The notes beneath the pieces are model-generated. The model was not told where the DNA came from, did not search any database, and saw nothing but the letters and a program-made list of their open reading frames with translations. Shown piece by piece: positions 49,950-59,661 of a stretch of DNA of 64,000 bases; within the stretch, counting starts at the first letter, position 1; every line of letters begins with the position of its first letter. The translations under genes and the position numbers were made by a program. The stretch is from positions 6,659-70,658 of the forward strand of contig CAXUEL010000001.1 in NCBI GenBank assembly GCA_964249915.1, read 5' to 3'. Source of the DNA: an uncultured Acetobacteraceae bacterium (GTDB lineage Bacteria; Pseudomonadota; Alphaproteobacteria; Acetobacterales; Acetobacteraceae).

Positions 49950-50696
49950 TTATGCGCGAAGGGTCTGCATAATCTCGTCTACGTCCTGCGTCGGCTCCGG
50001 CTGCTGTCCGCGCATCGCCGCCCGCGCCGCCGACCGGACCTCTGCACGCCGGGCAGCGACCTGCTCGGCGCTGACGACCTCAGCCCCAGCGCTGGCTTCC
50101 TTGAGTTGCTTCGGTGACCTCACCCCCTCCGGCGGCCGCCCTTTCAGGACTCCGCGGAGCCCCATCACGCTCGCTGCCGCGATGGTGCCGCACTCGTCCT
50201 TGTCGAGCGTCATCAGATAGTCGCGCACGCCCTCGGGCAGCCGACCGAGGGCGACGTCGTCGATCCGCTCGCCGCGTGCCCGGGCGGCGGACACACTCCG
50301 GACGGCGGCGACGAGCTCCCGCGCCTCGGACTGCCTGTCCGCTGCGGCCTGGCGGACTTCCTCCTGCTGGGCAGCTTCGCGTTGGGCGGCGGCTTCCTCG
50401 GCGGCGGCGGACTGCGCGGTCGGCTGCGGGCCGCGCTTGCCCAGGACCATGCCTGCAACCCGGAATGGCAGTTTTACGATGTCCGAAACCGCACCGATCG
50501 CCAGCTTGCTCGTCGCGCCGAGCAGGTCCACGGCAAGCCTCGGCGTAGCTGCGGCCACATCCACGACGCGTTCGAATACCTGCTCGGTGACCTGAACGGC
50601 CTTGCCGCCGACGAATTTCGTGACTGTCACGAAACGCCCTACCAGACGCCCCAACGCGGCCAATGCGGCCCGAACGGCTTCTGCAATCGTGTTCAT
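49950..50696 (-). CDS. Hypothetical helical protein (248 aa)
   Basis: GGAGG RBS; amphipathic N-terminal helices. Confidence 0.65.
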   Translation of the reverse strand: MNTIAEAVRAALAALGRLVGRFVTVTKFVGGKAVQVTEQVFERVVDVAAATPRLAVDLLGATSKLAIGAVSDIVKLPFRVAGMVLGKRGPQPTAQSAAAEEAAAQREAAQQEEVRQAAADRQSEARELVAAVRSVSAARARGERIDDVALGRLPEGVRDYLMTLDKDECGTIAAASVMGLRGVLKGRPPEGVRSPKQLKEASAGAEVVSAEQVAARRAEVRSAARAAMRGQQPEPTQDVDEIMQTLRA

Positions 50697-50978
50697 GATG
50701 TGCCTCCAGCACTCCGAAGGCCCCGCTGGCCTCCGCTGGAACCAGCATCCCTGGCGCACATGCAAGCCACGCCGATTGCGCGACTTTCCCCGGCCGCCCT
50801 CATTCTGGAAGGTCGCCCGTATCCATCGGTCTACAATTTCATCGACCGCCGCCAGAAGGCGAACGCCAGGAAGGCCCGCTACAGCCGCTTGAGCGCGATT
50901 TCCGATGCTGAACCCGTAGAACCGGCTTTCGCCCGCCACGGAGCCTACTAGACGATTTTCTGCCTCAAAAAGCCGGAA

Positions 50979-51557
50979 TCAGCCCGCGATGGCCTCCGAG
51001 ACCCTCCGCCGGACGCTCGCCCACGTGCGCTGCAGAGCCTGGGCATCGGCAAGCGCGCGATGGCGGCGGGGGCCTCGGGCATCCTCCTCGGCGGTGGCTT
51101 CCGCGACGAGCAGAGCGGCCCGCCGTCCGCAAATGGACCGCTCGCGCTCGTAGTCAGCGTGGTCCGTCGGCGGCATCCCGCCAAAGAGCGGTCGGCAGGC
51201 GGCGGCGTAGGCGGTCGTGACGTCGGTCAAGCGGACCGCGTCGGATGGGAAATCTCCGGCTGACAACAGGACGTCGAGCCACCCGCCATCGAAACCTGGC
51301 GCGTCGCTGAAGACAGTCTGACCGCCCAGGACCTCTACGACCCGACGGGCGACCTCCGCAGCCGGGTGACCTTTAATTGCAAGGTCACCCTGGCTGATGC
51401 CGTGCACAGCTTCCGCGTTATAGTCCCAATCCGTCCAGCCGTCCTCGGGCCTGATTAGATACTCCTCGCCCATACCGGACTCGTCACACCAGCCGACCTG
51501 GATCGGCACGGAGTCCGGACCAAGGCCGGACGCCTCGAAGTCCAGAAACCAGATCAC
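50979..51557 (-). CDS. DEDD-family 3'-5' exonuclease
   Basis: FLDFEASG (ExoI), SDAPGFD (ExoII), HRALADA (ExoIII). Confidence 0.8.
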   Translation of the reverse strand: MIWFLDFEASGLGPDSVPIQVGWCDESGMGEEYLIRPEDGWTDWDYNAEAVHGISQGDLAIKGHPAAEVARRVVEVLGGQTVFSDAPGFDGGWLDVLLSAGDFPSDAVRLTDVTTAYAAACRPLFGGMPPTDHADYERERSICGRRAALLVAEATAEEDARGPRRHRALADAQALQRTWASVRRRVSEAIAG

Positions 51558-51856
51558 CGCCGCCCCCTGCTGAGCTCGACCATCCGCACTTCGGCGGCGG
51601 CGACCCTTACGAGCCGGACGACCTCCGCCCACGGGATTCCTGTATCTCTGGCCAGCAAAATCGCTCCGATGACCTCCGCCCGAACCTGCTCCCGGCGCCA
51701 CGCAGAGTCCTCGCGGTCCAGGAGGCCGAGGTCGATGGCGGCTTGCTCGATGCGTGCCCGATGGACGGGCACGACGGCCTCGCCGATCAGGAACGCGTCG
51801 CTGACGCGGCGGACCTCGGCGATGCGCGGGAGCACGGTGTCGCGGGCGGGCTTCAT
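51554..51856 (-). CDS. Hypothetical protein (100 aa)
   Basis: Coupled to both neighbours by 4-nt overlaps. Confidence 0.6.
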   Translation of the reverse strand: MKPARDTVLPRIAEVRRVSDAFLIGEAVVPVHRARIEQAAIDLGLLDREDSAWRREQVRAEVIGAILLARDTGIPWAEVVRLVRVAAAEVRMVELSRGRR

Positions 51857-52389
51857 GCTGCGGACTCCCTGGGTGTTCCTCGCTTCGGCAGGGTCGCCAG
51901 CTTCCACCGAATCTCGGAGAGCTGCACGGGGCGGTAGTCCCAGGCGTCGACGCCCACATCGCACGACTGCCGGTCGCCGGGGAGCTGTCCGTGTGAGTGG
52001 CCGTAAAGGTGCAGCGACCCGTGGTGGCTCCGTGGCCATACGCGCATCGAGTAGTGCAGGAGCACGATACGCATGCCATCCACCGTCAGCTCGGCCATCG
52101 CCTGCGATGACGTCCACGCCGGATGCTCGCGGCATTCCTGCGAGTCGTGGTTGCCGTGAATCAGGTGCTTCCTGCCCGTCAGTCGCGCGAGGTAGCTGCC
52201 GGGGGATTTCGTTCCTCGGAATGCAAAGTCCCCGACCACCCACACATCGTCATCTGCCTGCACGACGGCATTCCAATTTGCGATGAGCGCGCCGTCCATC
52301 TCTCGGCTGTCCGCGAAAGGTCGGGAGCAATGCTTGATGATTTGCGAGTGACCGAGATGTAGGTCGGATGTAAACCAGGTCCTGCTCAT
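51853..52389 (-). CDS. Calcineurin-like metallophosphoesterase
   Basis: FTSDLHLGH, VVGDF, IHGNHD, LLHY, LYGHSH, DVGVD. Confidence 0.9.
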   Translation of the reverse strand: MSRTWFTSDLHLGHSQIIKHCSRPFADSREMDGALIANWNAVVQADDDVWVVGDFAFRGTKSPGSYLARLTGRKHLIHGNHDSQECREHPAWTSSQAMAELTVDGMRIVLLHYSMRVWPRSHHGSLHLYGHSHGQLPGDRQSCDVGVDAWDYRPVQLSEIRWKLATLPKRGTPRESAA

Positions 52390-52650
52390 CGTACTCCTCC
52401 CTGGTCCAGGGCACAGAATACCACGGCTGACGGCAGCTCGGGCGGACCGGGATGCATGAAGAACATGGGGAACCTCAACACGGCGGACGGGATAAACGGA
52501 CGGCTCTTCAGCGAGCCGTCGATATCCCCGCCGTGTGCGTGTTCCTGGTCATGCGAACCGATCTAAACCGGAGGCCGTCACGGCGCAAGCGGTATCCTTG
52601 TCAACACACTGATTCGGATCGCTTTTTTGTTCGGAAACCTTGTGGCAAGA

Positions 52651-52675
52651 GGTTGTCCATGGTATCTATGGACAT
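52651..52675. promoter_or_regulatory. 25-bp operator-like repeat, copy 1
   Basis: GGTTGTCCATGGTATCTATGGACAT; palindrome TGTCCAT-N7-ATGGACA. Confidence 0.7.
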
Positions 52676-52718
52676 ACGGGAGACGCGATGCAGCGCTTCC
52701 GACCTGGAGGATGCAGCT

Positions 52719-53285
52719 ATGTTCACACCCAAGCCCGGCTACGCAGGCCGAGACCCACGCCTAAGCTGGCTACCTGAATTGTCTGGATGTCACGTATTCA
52801 TGGTGCGTTGCGACACCAGAGAACTCGTTGTCGGACCGGGATGGCACGGCGATGACCAAACAGAATTCCGCGCCGAGCTGGAACGTGCCTATCCGGGCAG
52901 ATACACAGAATGGGAAACCGTCGATGCGGAAGAGGTCGCTCGGCGTCGCGAAGCCGACGCCCGGCGTCGCGAGGCCGACAATCGCCGCTTCAACGACGCA
53001 CTGAACATCCCGGCACCGTGGCACGGCAACACTCGCGTCTCTCTCGGCGGTCTAGGCCGGAACTCCTGTGGCGATGGCACTACATCGGCCAGCGTCGAGC
53101 ACGTCGTACTGGAAGGGGATCTGACGGCAGGACGCTTTCGCAGAAGAAGCGGCGACCTGCTCTGCTCAGCAGCCGTCAGCCACTTTGGCTTGTCCAGCCA
53201 CGGCGAGCGCGAGCGGACGCGCCGGTTCCGAATCACATGCAAGGCGTGCCTCCGGGCCGCTGAGCGGTTCAAGGTGGCGGCGTGA
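52719..53285 (+). CDS. Hypothetical protein with Cys motifs
   Basis: GGAGG RBS; GDLLCS...ITCKACL. Confidence 0.65.
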   Translation: MFTPKPGYAGRDPRLSWLPELSGCHVFMVRCDTRELVVGPGWHGDDQTEFRAELERAYPGRYTEWETVDAEEVARRREADARRREADNRRFNDALNIPAPWHGNTRVSLGGLGRNSCGDGTTSASVEHVVLEGDLTAGRFRRRSGDLLCSAAVSHFGLSSHGERERTRRFRITCKACLRAAERFKVAA

Positions 53286-53542
53286 GCCCCCTTGTCGCCC
53301 TGGAGCGTACCGGGGAAGCGCTCCACGGCCATCGCTGGCGGAGCCCTTTGGCCCGCCAGCTTCACAAGCCCGGCGCCCTTGAGGCAGGCATTGACCTCCG
53401 GCTCCTGCAACGGTGGACGTCCGGTGAGCGGCCACCACCCAACTGGCTACCATCGGCCCTGGTAGCCCTCCTTCGGTCCGAGGGCGCACGCCGAGCCGCC
53501 GACCTTGAGCGTCTCGCCGACCGGATCGAAAATGCCGCCTAG
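53282..53542 (+). CDS. HTH DNA-binding protein
   Basis: GEALHG.RW.SPLARQL...IDLRLLQRW.SGERPPP. Confidence 0.7.
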   Translation: MSPLVALERTGEALHGHRWRSPLARQLHKPGALEAGIDLRLLQRWTSGERPPPNWLPSALVALLRSEGARRAADLERLADRIENAA

Positions 53543-53660
53543 CGATGCAGCCGCCGACCGACTAGAGGGCGCCCCAGCGATGGAGGCGCCCTTCTCATGT
53601 AGAAGCCGTCAACGCATTGATTGTAAACAACTTAGTTGAACGGAAAGCTTCATTTCAGTC

Positions 53661-53685
53661 GGTTGTCCGTGGTATCTATGGACAT
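53661..53685. promoter_or_regulatory. 25-bp operator-like repeat, copy 2
   Basis: GGTTGTCCGTGGTATCTATGGACAT, 24/25 identical to 52651. Confidence 0.7.
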
Positions 53686-53733
53686 GAGGAGGCGGATCTT
53701 CCCGGCCCGCCCACCGGATACGGAGAACTCCCA

Positions 53734-54090
53734 ATGCTGAACGCACACACCACCCCAGTCGCGTACCTCGAGCCCGACTGGAACCTCGTCCGAGACGGCG
53801 TGTCCCCCAGGATCCAGTTCCGCTGCCAGCAAGTGGCCACCGCCCTTCAGGCCCTGCTACCGGACGCCGAAATCGACACTCACCACCGTTTCGGAGGCAT
53901 CTCCAAAGTCTACGCGTCATTCGGCGGCAGGACGGCAGCAATCGAGCTGCAGTCGAGCCGGGGCGACGTCCTATATCGCGCAGTCAATGGCCTGGGCGAA
54001 CATCTCTCCGACTACGAGGACCCGGTGGATCGCATGAGCTTTGGCGGCCCATGCGAAGAGGCCGCCGCCTGGCTGCGGCGCGCTTCGTAA
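53734..54090 (+). CDS. Hypothetical protein (118 aa)
   Basis: GGAG RBS; downstream of operator copy 2. Confidence 0.6.
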   Translation: MLNAHTTPVAYLEPDWNLVRDGVSPRIQFRCQQVATALQALLPDAEIDTHHRFGGISKVYASFGGRTAAIELQSSRGDVLYRAVNGLGEHLSDYEDPVDRMSFGGPCEEAAAWLRRAS

Positions 54091-54117
54091 CCGGTCACCG
54101 TCGAGAAGGAGCGCGCC

Positions 54118-54426
54118 ATGCCCACGTGGACATCACCTTTCAGCCCGTTCCGACGACCGATCGACGCCGATATCCGCGCTCTGGAGGCTGCCGTCCAGCG
54201 CACGAAGGCATCCATCGCGGAGGGCGGCAAGCGCGGACGGGCGCTCGGTGCGGTGGCGGCGCGCTTCGGCGTGCTCGAGGCGGCCCGACTGCACTGGTCG
54301 GTCGAGGCCAGGTGGCGGGTGGCCGTGGTGCGGGCGGGCGGCGGTCCGGGCGCGGGTCGCTATGTCGATGAGGCGGTCAACAGATTGGTCGAGGAACGCG
54401 GTTTGAAGATGCTCACGGCGGCGTGA
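54118..54426 (+). CDS. Hypothetical protein (102 aa)
   Basis: AAGGAG RBS; helical. Confidence 0.6.
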   Translation: MPTWTSPFSPFRRPIDADIRALEAAVQRTKASIAEGGKRGRALGAVAARFGVLEAARLHWSVEARWRVAVVRAGGGPGAGRYVDEAVNRLVEERGLKMLTAA

Positions 54427-54465
54427 GGCGAGCGTGAAGTCAACATTTCTGAACGGAGGCGCATC

Positions 54466-55392
54466 ATGAGTGAGGTAAGCAATGTCGTAGCGATGCCGGG
54501 GCCGACTGCGGCGGCCCTGCGGATCCAGGAGACCGGTGTTCTGCTAGAGCGCCCGACGTATCAGCGGCCGCCTCATCACGACGTAGTCTATGCGCTGATG
54601 GGCGGCCGTGTCGGCACGGCGCCACTGGCTCGGTATCGTCTGCCGAAGAGCCTGCGAGCGCATACGCTAGTCGTGCCGGACTCTGGCGATGCGGACACGC
54701 AAGCGAGGCTACCGGAACTCGCGGCGCTTGCGGACCGCATCGCGCCGTGGGTCGCGGTGCACCTCGTGCCCCGCATCCTGTCGCGGCGAAACGGCGACGA
54801 CGACTACGGGCGGCATGCTGGTCATTATGACGTCGACAGCGTGCACTACTCCGCCGTCGGCGGACTCGCTTGTTACGATGAGCAGTTGATTCTCTTGAAC
54901 TCGGCCGGACCGACAGCAGTGACGACTACGCTCTGCCACGAGCTGATGCACTTCATGTGGCATCGGTTGTCCGACGCCGCGCAGGCGGTTCTAAAGGAGG
55001 CGGTCGACGACGGCGCGGACTGGCCCGGCAACTACTTCGGCAACACCGAGGAGCGGGTCGCGCGCATGTTCGAGAAGTGGTCGTCTGCTCGGGTCGAGGG
55101 GATGCCGCACCGTGGCGCCGTGATCATGACTCCCGAAGGCATCTTCGAGCACATCTGGTCCGGTGCGCTGGCTGACCACCAAATCCAACTCGGCCTGGTC
55201 CCCAACCACGAAACCCTCCGCATCCGTCGCAGCCTACCGGAGCTACCGCCTCCGGTTCCGGAGGCCATCGAACCCGAGGCATCCCCCAAGCCGCAAGCCC
55301 GCATCGACGACGTTGTGTGCGACTGGATCTGGGATGGCGCCGCCGCCTTGGTACGCCTCGTCGGTCGGGGCATCCGCCTCGCCGTAGCCTGA
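54466..55392 (+). CDS. HEXXH zinc metallopeptidase-like protein (ImmA/IrrE-like)
   Basis: TLCHELMHF ... EERVARMFE. Confidence 0.6.
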   Translation: MSEVSNVVAMPGPTAAALRIQETGVLLERPTYQRPPHHDVVYALMGGRVGTAPLARYRLPKSLRAHTLVVPDSGDADTQARLPELAALADRIAPWVAVHLVPRILSRRNGDDDYGRHAGHYDVDSVHYSAVGGLACYDEQLILLNSAGPTAVTTTLCHELMHFMWHRLSDAAQAVLKEAVDDGADWPGNYFGNTEERVARMFEKWSSARVEGMPHRGAVIMTPEGIFEHIWSGALADHQIQLGLVPNHETLRIRRSLPELPPPVPEAIEPEASPKPQARIDDVVCDWIWDGAAALVRLVGRGIRLAVA

Positions 55393-55403
55393 GGAGGTCG
55401 GAC

Positions 55404-55832
55404 ATGCTCGCCCCGCTGATGTTCGCCGCCCTAGGACCCGCCTACTTCGCGGCGTCGGCGCTCTACGACCGGCTGATGGAAAAGGTCATCCTGGTCATCC
55501 CCAACCCGGTCCGACCGCGACACTACCTGGACGTCATCAGTGAGATGCAGAGATCGGGCAGCCCCACGTTACGCGCGGTCCAGCACGAAGATGGCCGCTG
55601 GATCCTGCTCGAAGGCAGCCACCGAACGACGGCCGCCATCGGGCTCCGCCGCCGAATTGACCTGGTCGCGGTAGACCCCGACGAGGTCGTCGACGTCGAT
55701 TTCTACCGAGATGACGATGCCGGAGTCCGCCACAAGTATCCTCCGGGTCCGGCGCGGGATTTCGCGCTCGGCTGGACACACCCTGTGGAGCACGTCGTCC
55801 CGGCGCACCGGGTCCGGATCCGGAATGCCTAA
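55404..55832 (+). CDS. ParB/Srx-like domain protein
   Basis: WILLEGSHRTTAA resembles ParB DGHHR. Confidence 0.55.
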   Translation: MLAPLMFAALGPAYFAASALYDRLMEKVILVIPNPVRPRHYLDVISEMQRSGSPTLRAVQHEDGRWILLEGSHRTTAAIGLRRRIDLVAVDPDEVVDVDFYRDDDAGVRHKYPPGPARDFALGWTHPVEHVVPAHRVRIRNA

Positions 55833-55895
55833 CCTCCGATGCCTGCAATGATGTAGGGCCGCTTCCGGCGACGGGGCGGCCCTCGTCATTTCGGA

Positions 55896-56384
55896 CTACC
55901 GGGGCATCGAGAGCGAGATCACGGATGCTGACAGCCACAGCGAACCCGCGTGCTCCGTCACCGCCTGCCACGCCGCCTCCCTAGCCTGTCGGGCCCTGTA
56001 GGGCTCCGGGTCCCATGTGCCGACCCGCCGCTGCCGGTCGACCTCCGCACGCAGCATGCTGGCGGCTTCCGGCGACAGCGAGCCGAGGCGGGCTTTGGCC
56101 AGGGCCGCCGCGTATGATTCTTCGACCGTCATGGGCAACGGCTTCGGCTTCCGCCTGCGGGCCGGGCGTGCAGGCGGTGCGGGCGCCGGGGTTGGGACGG
56201 CGTGCCGTTCCTCGAGGAGCTCGGCGAGGCGTAGAAGGGTATCGGATGCCCGTTTGCGCTTGGACTCCAGGTTCCTGAGGCTCGCGGGCTGGACCCGGAG
56301 CTCGGCGGCGGCCCCGGCGACGGACCAGCCGAGGCGGTGGCGCCAGACGCTGAGGTCGGCGCCGGTCGTGAGGGTGATGGACAT
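55896..56384 (-). CDS. XRE-family HTH regulator
   Basis: DLSVWRHRLGWSVAGAAAELRVQPASLRNLES. Confidence 0.7.
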   Translation of the reverse strand: MSITLTTGADLSVWRHRLGWSVAGAAAELRVQPASLRNLESKRKRASDTLLRLAELLEERHAVPTPAPAPPARPARRRKPKPLPMTVEESYAAALAKARLGSLSPEAASMLRAEVDRQRRVGTWDPEPYRARQAREAAWQAVTEHAGSLWLSASVISLSMPR

Positions 56385-56480
56385 GTTGGGCTCCAGTGCC
56401 GGTTCTGAGAAGCGCTTCTCAGAATGCCGCAGGGCGAGGCTTGGCACCCTCTCCGCCCGCTTCGGTGACGCCCGTGCGGG

Positions 56481-56603
56481 TCAGTGGTTCAAGTGGCTCA
56501 AGTGGATTACTTTCTGACTGTTCCCATAAAGATGCACTGTGTCTTTCTGACACTTTTCTCGCGTAGCTGGAAACCAATCCACTTGAACCACTTGAACCAC
56601 TGA
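56481..56603. repeat. 123-bp element with 28-bp terminal inverted repeats (3 x 9-mer), copy 2; putative origin
   Basis: TCAGTGGTTCAAGTGGCTCAAGTGGATT ... AATCCACTTGAACCACTTGAACCACTGA (27/28); ~100 bp downstream of the primase. Confidence 0.9.
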
Positions 56604-56633
56604 ATGGACCCTCGGACCCCGGGGTGGCCTCTA

Positions 56634-56671
56634 AAAATGAGAAAGGGCCGCAGGTCTGATGCCTGCGGCCC
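56634..56671 (-). terminator. Terminator after the primase-helicase
   Basis: GGGCCGCAGG/CCTGCGGCCC stem followed by TTTCTCATTTTT on the minus strand. Confidence 0.7.
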
Positions 56672-56698
56672 CTGAACAGGTCACTGATGAGGATTGTT

Positions 56699-59362
56699 TT
56701 ACCAGGCAGGCCCCGCCCCCGGCCCGGTGAGCTGCCAGGTTCCGATGCCATCCCTCAGCGGACCCTTCGATATCTGCATCCCTCCGACGATCCGGCCGCT
56801 GCTCGACGTCAGCCAGCGGCCCAGGCGGCGGGTCGTGACTACGCGGCCATCGCCTGCCACCACCATCAGTGCTTCCCGCAGGTCTGCACGAAGCAGCGCG
56901 GTTCCGCCGTCTTCGGTCGGGCGGGTCTCATATGCAGCCGCGACGATTTCCCGAGACGTGTAGGAACCCTGCCCCAGCGTGTCCCTCCACTGCACCAGCA
57001 ACGAAGTCAGCGCGTCGAGTTGCGGATCCATCTCGCGGGTGATGGACATCGTCTCGGTCGCATCGGCTTCGCCGAGCCAGAGCAGCGCGTCACGGACCGT
57101 GCGGCTCCACTCCGCGAATGACCCCAGCGGTGTCGCCTGCTGCGGTCTCCCGGCGACATGGTAGGCTCGGAGCACGGTCAGCGCAGCGACCACATACTCA
57201 CCGCGGGCAGCCTTCATCTTTGCCACCGGGTGGAAATCGAACTTTCGCTCTTCCGGACGCTCGACCTGCGGGTCGATTCGGCACAGCAGCGTGCGCCTGG
57301 TCATATCCCCTTCGATTACGAGGTTGTTCCCGGTCGCCGCGACCAGCGCCGCAGTCGGCACCTCGGGTGCTTCGGACCGTCCCAGGATGCGAGGGCGCAC
57401 TGTGGTCTGCGTGAGAAGCTGGCAGAGAAGGTCGCCGCCTACGGGTAAACGGCAGTTGTCCAACGAAATCACCGGGCTACCGCCAAGAAGCGCAGCACCC
57501 AGGCGCTTCTCTGTCTCCTCTTCCGTGCGCCCCTGGGCAAGCACACCGCACTCACGGCCAGTCGCCAGGATTGCGCAGAGGTCCACGCACAAGGACTTGC
57601 CGGAACCGGCGGTCGGTGCCGAGAAGGCATGCATCGGTGCGGTCGGCAATGCCTGGCGCACCACGGCGGTCAATAGCCCGGACAGCGCGACGGCACGGTC
57701 GGCCACGGACACGAACGGGAACGTGGCCACCAGGTCGACCAACTTCTTCAAGGCGACGGCCGCGTCCTCCCGGGTTGGGGATTGCGGCACCTTCGGGAAA
57801 ACGGCGCCCTGCGGGTCGAAGAGGAGGCCGGTGGCCTGGTCGTAGCCCGGCTGGTCCAGGATGCTGCCGTCCGGCCGCAGGGTCGGTGCACCGATGACAC
57901 CGGCCAGAACGGGCAGCTTAAGACGCCCAGCACGCTCGGATAGCGTACGCGCCGCCCACATCGGCGGCATGCATCGGACGACGTCATCCTTGCGGGCATC
58001 GTGCCGCTCCCACACGGCGGCTGCAGCCAGGTGCTCGAGCAAGGCATGGTCCTGGACTCCGTAGATGCGCTGGGCGCTGATTTCGCGGCCGGTCGCCGTG
58101 ACCACCGGTGTTTCGCCAATAGCCACGATTTGGCCACCGCGCTGGTAGACACCGCGTCTGGAGGAGACCAGGGCCTTTTCGGCGGCGTTGACGACGCTCT
58201 CGATCTCGCCGGAAGCGAGCATGATGACCGGCAGGCCGGACGCGGCGGACTCGGCTTGGGCCACCTTGGCCTTCGACACCGACCTTCTATCCGGCTTGAC
58301 CTCGCCCGCCTGGATGCGCGCCGCAAGACGCTGGACCCGGCCGCCGACCTCGCGTGCTAGACCTGCTGGAGCCCACCTGCCATCGCACACCGCAGCTCCG
58401 GCGAACTCCTTGGCGATCGAGGAGCACAGGTCGCCGAGCACGCCCTCCAGTTCAGCACCCTCGGCCGCCAGGATTGCCTCTCCCGACGCGCGGACCCTCG
58501 CCCAGACTAGGTCAGACAGCAGCTTCTCGCGTCCGTCGCTGACCGCCGCCTCGCCCGGCTTGCGCGCTGACAGCGCGGGCAGCGAAAACCCGCCGAACGG
58601 GAGCACCGGCGACCTAGCGAACGGGAAGCGGGCGTCCACGGCGCTCAGGAAGCGATCCACCTCGGCCGAGGTGACTTCCGGGGCGAGCTGGGGTCCATCG
58701 AACATCGGTGTCGCGGACCCGACCCACTTGAAATACTGGCCAGTCTTGTGATGGCGGCCGTGCATCGTGATGAGCTTGCCGGACCCGAGGATTTCCAGGC
58801 CGTGCTCGCCCGCCGTGCCGTCCGCGTCCGCCAGTCGCTTCGACACCGAGCGCACTGTATCGCCCGCAGCATGCCTATAGATAAGCGCTATTTTCGGCGC
58901 GCGGCCGACGCGCATGAACGGGGTCGCCCCAAGGATGTCCTCGGCGATGCAGACGATGGCGTCCGACATCGCAGCGTCCATGACGTCGATATCGACCGCA
59001 AACGTGTATCCGCTGGCCGGGCCGAACACGGCGGCCACGTTGTGCGAGGCGCACTGCAGAGCGCAGTCCCGGAGGAACGTCGCGGTCGGCGGCGTGTTAG
59101 CGAGGTCGAATTCCTCGCTCCACTTGATTACGCGGCCGTGGATCTTGCCTGGCATGCGACGCTCGCCCGAGGTCTCCTGAGGGAACACCGACCATCCGAG
59201 CGCGGCCATCGCGGGGCCGGAAGCGGCGAACACGTTCTCCGACATGCCGCCGAGCAGTTCTACGCCATGGTTCGTTTGGGTATCATTCTTGATTGCGCTC
59301 ACGGTGGCCTCCGGGGCTCGTGTGTCTCTGTGGGAATACTCCCACGCGCAACCGCGATTCAC
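56699..59362 (-). CDS. Primase-polymerase (PrimPol-like) fused to P-loop helicase; true start possibly 59245
   Basis: GWSVFP, NVAAVFGPASG..AVDID, HGRH; SAPTAGSGKS Walker A, LDN, ATGNN. Confidence 0.85.
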   Translation of the reverse strand: MNRGCAWEYSHRDTRAPEATVSAIKNDTQTNHGVELLGGMSENVFAASGPAMAALGWSVFPQETSGERRMPGKIHGRVIKWSEEFDLANTPPTATFLRDCALQCASHNVAAVFGPASGYTFAVDIDVMDAAMSDAIVCIAEDILGATPFMRVGRAPKIALIYRHAAGDTVRSVSKRLADADGTAGEHGLEILGSGKLITMHGRHHKTGQYFKWVGSATPMFDGPQLAPEVTSAEVDRFLSAVDARFPFARSPVLPFGGFSLPALSARKPGEAAVSDGREKLLSDLVWARVRASGEAILAAEGAELEGVLGDLCSSIAKEFAGAAVCDGRWAPAGLAREVGGRVQRLAARIQAGEVKPDRRSVSKAKVAQAESAASGLPVIMLASGEIESVVNAAEKALVSSRRGVYQRGGQIVAIGETPVVTATGREISAQRIYGVQDHALLEHLAAAAVWERHDARKDDVVRCMPPMWAARTLSERAGRLKLPVLAGVIGAPTLRPDGSILDQPGYDQATGLLFDPQGAVFPKVPQSPTREDAAVALKKLVDLVATFPFVSVADRAVALSGLLTAVVRQALPTAPMHAFSAPTAGSGKSLCVDLCAILATGRECGVLAQGRTEEETEKRLGAALLGGSPVISLDNCRLPVGGDLLCQLLTQTTVRPRILGRSEAPEVPTAALVAATGNNLVIEGDMTRRTLLCRIDPQVERPEERKFDFHPVAKMKAARGEYVVAALTVLRAYHVAGRPQQATPLGSFAEWSRTVRDALLWLGEADATETMSITREMDPQLDALTSLLVQWRDTLGQGSYTSREIVAAAYETRPTEDGGTALLRADLREALMVVAGDGRVVTTRRLGRWLTSSSGRIVGGMQISKGPLRDGIGTWQLTGPGAGPAW

Positions 59363-59442
59363 CTAGGACTTCGTGCGAACTTTTTTCGAATGCTCTTTTG
59401 TCAACATTGACGCCAACAGAACCAATGTTGACAACGTGCGGT

Positions 59443-59661
59443 TCAGGCCACCTCAGCCGAATCGGATCGCCGCTGCATCTCGGCGCACATCCACGCCTCT
59501 AGGCGCTCGAGTGTTGACAGTTGAGTGCCATGACCGAGGCGAAGTCGGCGCACGAGGTGGCTGTCTCCCACGGACTCGACACCCAAGCGGCGCTCGCTGA
59601 TGCCGGTGCTTTCGCAAAATCCAGAGATACCGTCGAGAAGTTGACGCCTGATGTTGCTCAC
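59443..59661 (-). CDS. Cro-like HTH protein
   Basis: LL..I..FC..TGISERRLG..SVGDSHLVRRLR.G....LSTLERL; GGAGG RBS; TATAAT at 59689-59684. Confidence 0.8.
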   Translation of the reverse strand: MSNIRRQLLDGISGFCESTGISERRLGVESVGDSHLVRRLRLGHGTQLSTLERLEAWMCAEMQRRSDSAEVA

